Positions 1 to 11,200 of a stretch of DNA of 64,000 nt are shown here, piece after piece (within the stretch, counting starts at the first letter, position 1; every line of letters begins with the position of its first letter). A program made the position numbers and the translations under genes. The DNA is taken from positions 24,731,821 through 24,795,820 of the forward strand of contig NC_092379.1 of assembly GCF_030028105.1 (NCBI RefSeq), given 5' to 3'. The stretch comes from Mobula birostris. Its lineage: Eukaryota. Under the pieces are notes generated by a model. It searched no databases. It was not told the DNA's origin and worked only from the letters and a program-made list of their open reading frames with translations.

Positions 1-569
1 ACATATTATCGTAGGTGGAGAGTTTGATGTTTCTTCGGATTAGAACATTGATATGAATTCCATTGTAACATAACCAGTAAAAATGTATTGAGTACAGTGG
101 ACGTGCGGATGATAGATCCAGCAGCGGGAAAGTGGAGCTTCAGAGGTACTCAACCTCAGAAAAAAAGGACATGGCTTAGATTACAGTAGAATTTTTTTTT
201 TTTTTTTTTTTTTTTTTTTGCCAGATTCCATATGTGTGGGATTCCTTGTCACAGTATGTTGGGGAAGACATGTACGGTAAATTTCAGGCAGAGGTAAATG
301 TCTTCTTAAGTCGTAAGTGTGTCAGAATTTGGACGGAGTTGCCAGGAGAATGCAGTTGAGATTTTATTATAAATACACTACGATCCAGCGGCAGACCCAA
401 TGTTGAGAGTTCAAAAAAACAAAATTTTCTCCGATGGTCTTACGGCCAGATCCCGTGTACACGGTAAAACACGCTGCAATATACCATGGTTTTCATTAGT
501 TCGATGGACAGCCTCACACACACGAGAAAATAATAATATATATAGTTGATAAATATTGAGGAAGTTCAC

Positions 570-960
570 CAATGAACATACGAGGAGCGTTTGGCAGCTT
601 TAGACCTATATCATCCTGGAATTTAGAAGATTACAGGGAAAACTCGTTGAAACCTCACAAATGTTAAACCGACTAGACAGGGCGGCTATGAGGGCGATGT
701 TTCTTCTGGTGGCATTAATCGGAAATAAAGAGCACAGCCTCAAAATTGAGGGGCAACCATTTAATACAAAGGTAAGGAGCGGCCATTTACAACAAACCTC
801 ATGCCACCGACTGCAGCGGAAGCCAAGTCGGTGCGTACATTTATGGCGGAATCTCACCGTTTCTGAATGGTCAGGGAGTCAAAGGATATCGCGAGAAAGC
901 AGGTGTATGGAATTGAGTGTGATGCGGAATCAGCCTTGATTGGTTGGTGGAGCAGACTGG
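570..960 (+). mobile_element. CR1-type LINE 3' fragment (decayed RT C-terminus)
   Basis: Translates to LEFRRL..LNRLDRAAMRAMF..HSLKIEGQPFNTKVR, the typical CR1 ORF2 C-terminus; same motif as the CR1 at 22232-22860. Confidence 0.75.
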
Positions 961-2079
961 ATGGGCATGACAGCCTGTAGTTGTGATAGTTTCCTTCTGT
1001 CAATGTTGTCATTCGAAAACAGTGATGCGGCAACATTAACTCTGGTACTGTAGATATCAGACACCAGCACGGAGTTAACTGTGTAGAGACGTTCCTCACG
1101 AAGTCAAGTAATGTGATATAGATTTGAGATTATTTGAATACTGGAAGTAAAGATGCAGAAAAAAATATATCCAAACAAGTATTGAGGAGAAGTCAGTTAA
1201 CTAATACAACATCGTACTTCTCCGTGTTATCTCAGTCAGTCCGCGACCGACCGTCCGGGTTTGTTTTCGGTGAGATGAAACTGCAGTACACATTCCCTAG
1301 GCTACTTCAAAACAAACTGCCTCACATGCGGTGTACAGCCAACAGTCGCCCTGTAAGGACTGTATACATGAGTGATCTCTGCTTTCTGTATACTTCCGAA
1401 TCCTTTCGCACCTTAGGTGGGATACAAAATGCAGACAGGACCTCAATGCATACAAAGTAAAACATAATGTCCACGTATCACCGCACAAACCATGATTTTT
1501 CTAAGAAATTCAATCGGTCTTCATACCTGTCGCTATTTTCCGGAGCAGTGTATATATGTACTGCTCAAAATCTCCACATCGGCAGAATTGTTTCTAATTA
1601 GACTTCGTGTTTCGAAATCAACAATATTTGGTTAAGGAGCTTCAAGCAAATTAATGCCTATGAATTAGTGATCATAATATGATAGAAGTATAGCAGTCAA
1701 TGGAAGATAAGTAGAAACATTTTCCTAATGTGGATTCTATTCAATATGGTCGCGACGGTTTGAAAGAGAAGGACAATCCTGGATTGGTTTTGTGAAATGA
1801 GCTACATTTCATAAAAAAAAAAAAAAAAAAAAAAAAAACTTGTTATAAATAATACATTAGTAAGCAGTGATAAAGATATCATAACATTCACCCAGTTTTT
1901 TTGAAAAGGACAATCTTATATTGATACATCTCTATCAGTAAATCTAGCTACAAATGTATAAGTGAGGAGTATGCCAAGTTTAATGATAAGGAGATGACGA
2001 TAGAGCAGCAAGGATCTTTACACGTGCATACCAACAAGATCGGAGCCCCCGGTTTATAGAAAAGGTACTTGCATTCAAA

Positions 2080-2560
2080 AATGATTGTTAGCTGGCTAAA
2101 GAATTGTTCTAGTTGTCTGCGTGACTAGTGGTGTTCAGCAAGGATCGCTGTAAGGCTCACTACCTTTCGTTTAATCACAACAGTGTAGATTACTTTTCTT
2201 GCCGAGGTTGCTTATGATACACACATAGGTGAGGTGTTAGGATCTGCTGAGGAAGGAGGGAGCAGGGAGCCTTCACAGGAGGTTGGACAAGTTATGACAA
2301 TGGTCAAATAAGTGGCAGATGTAACAGGCACTAGGAAGCTGTGTCGTCATGTAATTGGATCGCAGGCACAAAGACGTTGACTACATTCTAAATTAGAAGA
2401 GAAATCGGAAGTCTAAGGTGTACGCAAACTTGATAGTCCTCGTGCATGATTTCGTTGCGGCTAACGTGAGGAGTGAGTCCGTACCAAATAAGGCAATATC
2501 GATTGCCGTGAGTAAAATATAAAGGCAGGGATGTAGTGCTGTTTATTTATAAGGGGTAAA
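2080..2560 (+). mobile_element. Ancient CR1 RT remnant, duplicated with the locus (paralog at about 43060-43600)
   Basis: Decayed VTSGV.QGS / FA.DT.IG / W.NKWQM-like motifs; colinear with 43060-43600. Confidence 0.55.
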
Positions 2561-3581
2561 CCACACTCTATTTGGTGTTTTGAAAAGTTTGGTACGGTCA
2601 ATTCCTATACATACCCTTAAAACACACTTTAATGTAACATAGTTTTCATTAGATCGATGGACAGCCACACACACACACACACCAACAAAGAATAATAGAA
2701 TTTACTCGATATATATCGTGAGTTATGCTTAGAAACCCTGAACTTTACGGCTGTTGATGTTTGAATTTAATACTTATTTGCGTTGAGTTCTATGGTTTCG
2801 ATACGTTGGAAGATAAGGGTGCGTGAATTTTGGGACAGCTCTTAACCCCCGATGTGACGGTCTGTAGGATTTTGCTGCTTAAATGATTCACTTCGAACAC
2901 ATTCTGTAACAGGTCGCGTCCTCGGCAGCACAGAAATTCAACCTCATGGCGTTCATCGCGAAGGTCACCAAGCGTGGAAACCACAGGACATTGGAAGAGT
3001 GGATTTCGATTTCTCCTGCCTTCGGAAGTCATGGGGTGGTATTAGTTTGAAGTTATTCTGACCGGATTTCAGTATTTCCAGATGTTCCGGGGGTAATTGT
3101 TTCGAGATCCACATTCTTTGTGCCTTTAAAAATTACTTTGAGATTTTGTGTACTGATTTTGATAGGAAAGTAGAGAAATTACATAAAGGTGGTGGCATTG
3201 TGTACCGAGTAGAAACTTGTCAAATGTTGCAAAAAGTTATAGGGAGGATGTAGAGCTTGGTTGAAAATGATAAATTACTTTTACAACCGAAACAAAAACG
3301 AGTGCAATAACGAACATTAGTAAATCGAAGTTAATGTCTGAGTATGAGATTATTAGGAGGATTGTCAGTTTCTTAGCAGTTGATAACCAAAAGTTAAAAA
3401 AAAAATGAAAACACGGAAAATTATACCATTTTTGATAATTTAGTATCATAATGAAATTGGACGGAATTGTCCAAAAGGAAAGTTCCTTAATAAAATTACG
3501 TCACACGTAGTGAGATATAAATGTTCACTTACTGTTACGTTAGATTAGTCTCTACCATAATTCACTTGATCGTTCGTGGGA

Positions 3582-3891
3582 TACCGTGAATTTAACGGGG
3601 CTCAGGTATAGTCCCCTCCTCTGTCTGTATGTGACTGAATGAGATCTTTCCCCGTGTCATAGTGCCCGGTCTGAAAGTTGTGCATATCGCAGTGAAGACG
3701 TCAGTTAAAATATATCTGAAAAATATATCTTGTCTGTCAACATAGACCGATTGTTCGCCGCAATATATTTGTTCCAGTTGCGACTGACAGGAGGCACATT
3801 CGGAACTGAAGGACGCCAGAAGTGCAGGCATGTAATTAACAGCGAGATTCCACATTGTCTGAAGGCGCGTAAACTATGGAATGGACTGCAG
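3582..3891 (-). pseudogene. Probable decayed V-segment relic behind supporting V of cassette A
   Basis: CTCAG acceptor-like site at 3893-3892; 303-nt exon-sized block ending in KISFSHIQTEE/GDYT*A (about LSISHIQTEDEADYYCA); heptamer-like CACGGTA at 3588-3582; paralogous to 53896-54205 and 23906-23975. Confidence 0.45.
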
Positions 3892-4045
3892 CTGAGTACA
3901 TAATGTTAGAATTTATCTTTGACAGTTTTCGAAACGGAGAGTTTAATGCAGATTTCTCGGTCTCATCTCTGCATTGTTGGCGCTCTCGGATTTTTTTGTA
4001 CAGCTCCTTTCGTCTTTTGACACGCAGTGTAAGTCAGAACATTGA

Positions 4046-4084
4046 GGTTTTTGTGCATCTCGCTTCCTACTGTATATTACTGTG
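4046..4084 (-). other. 23-RSS of supporting V (cassette A)
   Basis: CACAGTA (4084-4078), 23-nt spacer, ACAAAAACC (4054-4046). Confidence 0.95.
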
Positions 4085-4390
4085 CTCCTCGCCGACTTAT
4101 GGCACATTGGTACAAAGCCGAATCGCTTATTTGCAGTTTTGAGATATTTAACATGCTGATTTTCTTTTCCCGATCGAGAGAACCGTAGAAGTGTCCTTCG
4201 GCAGGATTTTCCTGCTCTTGATCTCCAAAGGTACGCCTCTGGAGCAGATATTTTGGAGGTTCTGCTTGGATCTGCCGGTACCAGTGTATCGTGTATGCAC
4301 AAAATCCGAAAATTTCGCAGCTTAATGTGGCAACGTCATCAGAATTAGAAGACTGTAGAGGCGGACTCTTGGACACCAGGGATAGAGGAT
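4085..4390 (-). CDS. TRDV: Leaderless supporting TCR-delta-like V segment, cassette A (open)
   Basis: TTCCTCCAG acceptor; phase-1 exon DPLSLVSKSPPLQSSNSDDVATLSCEIFGFCAYTIHWYRQ...SDSALYQCAISRRG with Cys23, Trp41, Cys104 and an extra CDR1 Cys; 23-RSS follows; no leader exon found upstream. Confidence 0.88.
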
Positions 4391-4944
4391 CTGGAGGAAT
4401 TTAAAAGAGGCATCACTATTACTTTACTAACGTTACTAGATCCGCCAACCATAGGAAGAGGTGAAATATTCAAACCATCTGGTTTCGTTCTCAGTAAGGT
4501 GGAGAAATTATTGGCAGAGGGTGCAGCAGGAGAAATGAAATTACCGGGAGGAGAAAACGAATTACTGCATGTAGGGCCTAGAAAATGTGACACTTCACAA
4601 GAATTAATAATTAAAATGTAGAACATTTGTGAAAACATCTCCCACAGCCAGCATACAGAGAGATGGAGGATCTACCAGACGTATTGTGTAAAATTCTACT
4701 TTTTTATGTCTGTATGTAACGGAAAGACGAATGGGACAAAGGATAGACGTATATACATATTTACAACGTCTGATACACTCTCTACAAATAGGTTGCTTTT
4801 TTTGATTTTGCGGATTAAAGATACATGAGCAGAGAATGATTTTCCATGTTTGGGATGAGATCCCGTGGGTTAAAGAGTACTAGTTGTTAACTAAAATACA
4901 CCCCGGCTAAACTTCCAAAGCATTCAGTGTAACACAGTCCAACT

Positions 4945-5089
4945 CTAAAGGATCTCAGCAGGCCAGATAGCTGTTAGAGTCACTAGGTTTATAAAAAGGT
5001 GTAAGAAAATAGTAAACGGGCGATGTTTCAGGCAGAGAGACTTCATTAGATTATTCATAGATGCTACCTGGCTTGCGCAGATCATCTAG
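4945..5089. repeat. Short inverted-repeat element in the J to supporting-V intron (also about 24970-25150 and 55280-55450)
   Basis: Arm 4945-4971 matches the reverse complement of 5063-5089 at 21/27; resembles paired ends of the Penelope-like repeat seen at 39240 and 46585. Confidence 0.6.
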
Positions 5090-5795
5090 CAATTTGGGTG
5101 TGTTGCTTGGGTTTCCTGCATCTGTAGATTTTCTCACGGTTCGCCATCCGCTGTGCCAGGTCATCCTCCGTTTTACTTACAGTTCAGTTAGTTTGTATCT
5201 GTTTATTTTTCTCCCTTTCACTGTTTGTTCTAGTTTTGCGCGATATGTTATCAACATAGGATGTTCTCAGACAATCTCTCAATGTCGCTTGCTTTGCTGT
5301 ATACACGTGGGTCTGAGGCTCATTCACAACTGGGCGTCTCCACTGACTAATTGCACATATAGCTTGTGCATGATGAAGAGTTACTTTCTCAATTTTCCAA
5401 CATGCAGTTTCTGTGGACCTGTAGTTTCATTCAGCAAAGGACTTCCCTGAAAATATCCGTCAAACTTGATAGCGCTATGTGATTACGCAACATCAGCACT
5501 TCTTTTGCCGCCAAAACCGCCTGCTGGGAACACAATCAACCGCTCTGCATATATGAATGAATCCTTGCCGCTCCATTCGCCCTGCATGGGTACAGAGATG
5601 CGCCGCTTTTACTTTAATTGTACTTTTCCTCAGACGAACTCATACCTCTCATTCTAAAGGCGTTACTTTTTATCAAGACCAACCTTATAGCTTCTGTTTC
5701 CGAAATTTCAATGAAACTTTATATATTCAACAAAACTGCCGTTGCACTCACATTGATGGCACGGCTTTACAAATTTCGCCAGTTCAGATACTTAC

Positions 5796-5850
5796 CGACT
5801 GTGACAGTGACCGTGGACCCGGTTCTATCTAGATATCAAGTATCGTAACT
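5796..5850 (-). pseudogene. NAR-TCR J segment, cassette A (in-frame stop)
   Basis: SYDT*YLDRTGSTVTVTV plus G|GTAAG donor; TGA at 5838-5836; homologous to intact J at 25815-25869. Confidence 0.88.
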
Positions 5851-5889
5851 CACTGTGATACGACTCGCATTCTCACTGATACAAAAAGT
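5851..5889 (-). other. 23-RSS of J (cassette A)
   Basis: Plus-strand CACTGTG (5851-5857), 23 nt, ACAAAAAGT (5881-5889). Confidence 0.93.
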
Positions 5890-5991
5890 ATCCACAACTT
5901 AGTCTATGAGCAGCCGTCATTGGACAGTTTAGAGCGATTGCAGACTATTAAACCACCAACGACATCACCCAGTGCTCCACAAACATCTGTG

Positions 5992-6057
5992 AAGCTACCT
6001 GTAATAAAGAATACACGATAAAAAAAGCTACCTGCAATAAAGAATACACGATAAAAA
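5992..6057. repeat. 33-bp tandem duplication in the D-J spacer of cassette A
   Basis: aagctacctg(t/c)aataaagaatacacgataaaaa occurs twice with period 33. Confidence 0.9.
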
Positions 6058-6224
6058 GCCGCATCATACTTTCGGAATGTCGGTTCCCTAAACGGCAACA
6101 CATGTTAAAAAGAATATCCTGAAAGGGGAAAAGTACAATGGATGTCATTGGATCACAGAGCAAAAGTAATCAATCATATGTTTCTGTTTTCCCATTCCAG
6201 AATGTATACTTTTACGGAGCCAAA

Positions 6225-6294
6225 AGTTTTTGTTCGATTATCATCTATTGTGTATATCCCAAAATCCACAGTGTTTTATGTCAGCTTCATATCG
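6225..6294 (-). other. NAR-TCR D segment (core 6253-6266, GATTTTGGGATATA) flanked by 12/12 RSS, cassette A
   Basis: 3' RSS CACAATA-12-ACAAAAACT (6252-6225); 5' RSS heptamer CACAGTG at 6267-6273, 12 nt, non-consensus nonamer TTCATATCG. Confidence 0.85.
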
Positions 6295-6605
6295 CAGAAC
6301 AGGTGTAGTCTGGAGATACCAGTTTCCCAACTACTATTCCAGCTTCTATGCTGTTGGAGTCGGGTACCATCTGAAGGAAGGGATTGAGAAGGCAGGAAAT
6401 TATTCTCATTTTCTGTTCACTACAAAGTGGTTGCGAAAGGTCATTTTGTAGATGCATTTTAAGAAGAGCCAAGATGTGGAGCATGAACAGTATATTTCCT
6501 GTCCCATTGCAAAATGTACTGAATGGTATGCAGCCAAACTGCTTTCTTGAGTTACGGGCAGATTAACTCCGTACATTAAGCAGTTGATGGAGTATTTTTC
6601 TTCTT

Positions 6606-6644
6606 CTATTCGAGTAAGGCGGGAATCCCTTGGCAAGCTCTGTG
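6606..6644 (-). other. RSS of VNAR-like V (cassette A), degenerate nonamer
   Basis: CACAGAG (6644-6638); spacer nearly identical to cassette B; nonamer position reads CTCGAATAG. Confidence 0.75.
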
Positions 6645-6931
6645 TACAGTAATTTTATATCTAACTTTACAGAAATAGGTGGCGCTGTCCTTAACTGCAA
6701 GATTCATAATTATTAGGGTAATTGTCATTTCTGCTTTATTTTCCTTTGTAATAAATCTTCCTCGTGTGTAGATCCGCTCCTTCGCTGTTCCTAGCTGCGT
6801 CTGTTTAAAGAACTGGCCGATTACAAATTCATCTGACCATCTAGAATGGAACCTGCATGTGATGGTGAAAGATTGGCATTCATTTTTTGTCACCGTGTTT
6901 GGACTCTGGGTCACGGACTGGCTGAAGAGAA
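6645..6931 (-). CDS. VNAR-like NAR-TCR V exon, cassette A (open)
   Basis: TTTTCAG acceptor; LFS|QSVTQSPNTVTKNECQSFTITC...FFKQTQLGTAKERIYTRGRF...DSATYFCKVRYKITV; short FR2-to-GRF stretch (no CDR2) as in VNAR; extra FR1 Cys. Confidence 0.9.
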
Positions 6932-7079
6932 CTGAAAATAAGAATATGTAGAAGCGAAATATCATTAGATTTGAAACACGCAAGAATGCTAATACAATGA
7001 CTTCATGAAATTCTGATTCTACTTGTTCAGTTTTTTTTATTTAAGTCTCAGATTACTGAACGTTCTGACCGATACTTAC

Positions 7080-7125
7080 GGCGAAAGCAGTGGCACAACG
7101 TAACATTCAAGAGAAAGTTCATCAT
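7080..7125 (-). CDS. Leader exon of NAR-TCR V, cassette A
   Basis: (M)MNFLLNVTLCHCFR+C|GTAAGT, phase 1, 148-nt intron, splices in frame to the V exon. Confidence 0.88.
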
Positions 7126-7330
7126 TTCGTCTCCGGGTATCAGATGGTTTACATTACGGAGAGCTAGAATGCTGTGGCAGGTTATTCCTCAAAACTGGAG
7201 AGAGACACCTCAGCTGGTTGATGTTCTAGGTTTATGCAATTACTGCTCAGTTTCCGAATTACGTTTTATGCGAATAAGCGTCAGGTTGAATGAGCAATAG
7301 CTATGGTTCAGTTTCCACTCAAGGTCTTTG
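7126..7330 (-). promoter_or_regulatory. Candidate V promoter block (paralogs 27121-27320 and 57342-57530)
   Basis: Conserved among all three cassettes. T(G/T)ACG half-CRE-like motif 32 nt from the ATG and octamer-like ATGCA(A/G)TT 112 nt from the ATG in each copy; shared GCTGTGG(C/T)AGGTTATT. Confidence 0.45.
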
Positions 7331-7479
7331 CAATAGTTGTGAAAGCTCCTCCCTGCATGTTTTAACGCCAATAGGATAATGCCTCCTCCTTTGAATACAT
7401 ATAAAAAGACGGAGAAGCTGCGAAAAGGAAATGAAATAATATCAGGATGCCAGGGTGAAAAGAAGTCTCATCGAGATAA

Positions 7480-7860
7480 CTGTTCGTGTCACAAAGTTTA
7501 TAAATATATCACCAGCCATCTCCATATGTCTACAGGGATGTAGTCGACGAGATAGAGAACAGCAAGAAAGTGTCAGAAATGCAATAAGTGGTTTGAAGGG
7601 CGCTGTGGAACTTTGAGGAAAGTTGAGAAGTTTCAGGAGTTCATCAAGGTTCCATGAAGCAACACCAGTGCAGTCTCCATGCAGCGTAGGAAGAGCTAGG
7701 GACAGTTGGAACGTTACCAGTGTAGGCTTCGGTCATTGACTGTTCTACGTAGGTGATTGAAATATAGGGATAGTGAAGGAAGGGGCGAATGCGTGGGGCA
7801 GGAGGAGCATGCATGTAGCCACGGCTGCACTGTAGATTTGGAAAAAATGTGGGAGCAGCC
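7480..7860 (-). mobile_element. Penelope-like RT remnant upstream of each cassette (paralogs about 27450-27830 and 57690-58050)
   Basis: Copy C translates YVEQSMSQAY...FFLCYMDDYTG (YxDD RT motif); colinear in all three cassettes. Confidence 0.65.
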
Positions 7861-8756
7861 GAAAGAAAAAAAAAAAAAAACTGGTGTATGTGAGAACTAG
7901 CTCCGCAATCTTGTTCGGTTTTCCTGCTCTTTATTTACGAGGTAAAGTGTGTGATAAGATCAGTTGCACTCTAGCTAATTCAGCCGAAATACTTACTCTA
8001 TACAGTCAACCACATTATTCTATTATCAACAAAGCCAGTTGCTAGAAAACTCACACAGCTGAGCCTGCAATGGCATGCAGATTAGCCGATCTACTTCAAT
8101 ACCGGTACGAGTACATTTTCGGTCCTCCTGAATTCCATACATTGCTGATGGACTATGAATTAAGGCATATAACAATCTTTATTTATTCGGTGAGTACTGA
8201 TAGTGCTGACTAAAATTGAGTGCACAGTTGAATTTGAACATTTATTTCAAGACATATTCAAGGAAGTCATGTAGTGTAGTATCAAAATGAAGTCAAACAA
8301 CCTGTTTGTGTTATTTCCCTGACTTCGTTTTCCCACGCTCATCATATCGTTCTCACTTTCACTCTCATTCAGACTCTCAGTGCCACGCTCCTTATAACCC
8401 ACTTTGAGTCACTGAAACGGAATCAGAAATTAACAGCTTGAATGCTGGAACTGGAGCACACTATCAGACAGAAACCGTTCCCGTGCCTGGCATCGTCGTG
8501 CGTGTATTTGTGATATGGACTGTAATGTTTTTTGTGATGCATTCATTTCTTAATATAGAAACATGAGAATCATTCATGAATTCGTTGGACAGTGTTTTAT
8601 TCCAGCTCATTACCACTATATGTCGCCTACCAGGGCCCAATGCAAAACGTTTATCAACGATTTTACAATCTTAATTTTTGAAGGATTAACATGAATGTGA
8701 GGGGGAAAAAAAATGGTCTTTACATGTTATGTGTATCTCCGTGTAGGTATATATGA

Positions 8757-8760
<4 letters not shown>

Positions 8761-8800
<40 letters not shown>
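8761..8800. repeat. (GT)20 microsatellite
   Basis: Direct reading. Confidence 0.97.
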
Positions 8801-8802
<2 letters not shown>

Positions 8803-9049
8803 ACGTTTCTTTGTGTACAACAGTTTTTGGATGTTCAGTTACAATAATATGTGCACATAATATATGAAAACTAAACTCTCAGAACGATGCATATGGCAAA
8901 AGAATGTGCACTTATTGCGATTCTAAAGCAAGTTCGATTTTCCTTGAATTACGTCAGTAGTTACCACATGCGGCTAAGATTTTTAACAGCTGCACATGCA
9001 AAGACAGAATGAACAGTTCAGCGTATACATGGTTTTTAATTCGGACAAG

Positions 9050-11200
9050 ACCATAGGACCATATGACATAGGAACAGAAATTAGACCATTGGACCCATCG
9101 AGTCTGCTCCGCCATTCAATCATGGTTGATCCTTTTTTTCCATCATCCTGAAACCCATTTCCTGACCTTCTCCCCCTATATTTTGATACTATGTCCAAAC
9201 AAGAACTTATCAATCTCTGCCTTAAATACACCAGGCCTCCACAGCTGCATATGGCGGCAATATATATAAAAAAAAAAAAAAATCACCACTCTCTGGCAAA
9301 AGAAATGCCTGTGCATCTCGCTTTTGTATAGACTCCCCTTTATCCAGAGGCTGTGTCATTTTGACTTAGACTCTCGCACTACAGGAAACATCATTTCCAC
9401 ATCGAATCACACTAGGCCGTTCATCATTCGAAAGGTTTCAATGAGGTCCCGCTCATCCTTCTAAATTCTAGTAGGTACAGAGCCAGAGCCATGAAACATT
9501 CCTCGTAGGATACCCCTTTCATTCCTAGATTCATCCTTGTGACCCTCCTCTGAACGATCTCCAAGCCAGCTGAGCTTTTCTGCGATGAGCAACACAAAAC
9601 TGTTCACAGTACGGAGTGCGAGGCCGCACTAGTGCCTAGGAAATGCTAAAATAGCAGTTTTCATCCTCAACACCTGCTCAACCGGCACGATAACCGTTAA
9701 GGTGTTCAGCAAAAGAATCCCATGTCCTTTTGCATCCAGAGTTTTGGATTTTCTCCGCTTTCTGAAAGTAGTCCGAACATTTATTCTACTACCAGACAGG
9801 ATTACCATGCAGTTTCCATCATGATATTCTATTGGCCTCTTTCTTGCCCATTCTCCTCATCAATGTAATTATTTCTGCATCCTATCTGTTTCCTCAACAC
9901 TACCTGCCCCTCGACGAATCTTCCTATTATCTATAAACCTGGCTTAAAACTTGTATTTGATCATCTAAACATTTTATGTACAGCATAAAAAAAGAACTGA
10001 TCCCAACACCGACCATGCGGAAAACCAGTAGTCACTGGCACGTAAGCAAAAAGGATCCACTGTACCCTTTCGCCACCTCTTTCCAATCAGCCAATGCTCT
10101 ATCTTCCCTGTCATACAAGAAGCTCTGAACTTGGGAGGCAGCCTCATGTAGGAACCTTGTCAAAGGCCTTCTGACATACCAAATACACATCCGCTTTATC
10201 CCCTTTATCTACCATACTTGTAATCACGTCAAAACATTCCAACAGGTTTGTCAGGGAATATTTTCCTTTACGGTAACAAACTGACTTTGTCCTAATTTGC
10301 CCCCTGTCACAAAGTAGTCCAACACCTCAGCCTCAAAAATTGGCTCTGCTTCCAAACAACTGAGTCAGGCGAACTGGTGTATAATTTCCTTTCTGCTGCC
10401 TTACATCTCTCATAAAGAGTGGATTGACATTTGCAATTTTCCTGTATTCTGACAACATGCTAGAGTCCAATCATATTTGAAAGATCATTGCTAATGCCGC
10501 CACAATTAATAACGTTATCTCTTTCCGATGCATCGGTGCCTTATGTCCCTGAATGTCTTTCTGCTTTTAGAGCACCTTCTCCCATGTAATAGTAACTGCA
10601 CCCTCTTTTCTTCATTCACACGTTACAACATCTGGCACCTTCTCGCTTCTCGCGCAGTTAAAAATGATGCAAAATACTTCTGCCCCGTTATAATTTCTCC
10701 AGCTCCATTTTATAGTGGTGCTATATCCAATTCTAATTTCTCTTTTTTTTTTTACAAAATTGAAAAAAAGCTTTTATAATCCACTTTGATATTATCTGCT
10801 CGCTTGCTTTCATATTTCTTCTTTCCCTTTTAACAATTCACTTAGTTGCTCTCTGCAGGTTTAAAAAAATAAAAAAAACTCTCAAATCTTTTATCATTCA
10901 ACTATTTTTGCTTAGTTGTACGCCCTCTCCTTTATTTTACATAAGCTTTGACTTCACCTATCAGCCACGGTTTTAAAATTTGCCAGTTTAGTATTTATTC
11001 ACTTTTGGTATACACATGCCCTAGGCGTTCCTCATTTTACCCAAGAACATACGCCATTGCTGATTTGCTAACATCCCTGCCAGCAGCTCTTTCCAATTTA
11101 CGTTGGCTAACTCTTCTCACATACCACCGTAATTTTCCTTACTCTGCTGAAATACTGCTACTTCAGAATTTACATTGGACCTATCGAGTTTCAAGTTGTA
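9050..11200 (-). mobile_element. Decayed CR1 LINE (3' end at about 9050); orthologous insertion at about 28970-30000 in unit B
   Basis: CR1 3' UTR/tail plus RT-derived sequence; same junction relative to the upstream flank in A and B. Confidence 0.7.

Noticed and set aside
4345-4638. 97-aa ORF ending ..SSIPGVQESASTVF as a possible leader or L-part2 for the supporting V
   Set aside because: It is in a different frame from the V, stops within FR1, has no hydrophobic signal peptide and is not conserved as an ORF in B
6295-6605. Additional D segments in the V-D or D-J spacers
   Set aside because: No heptamer-spacer-nonamer pairs found by eye in A or B (for example CACTACA near 6417 is not conserved)
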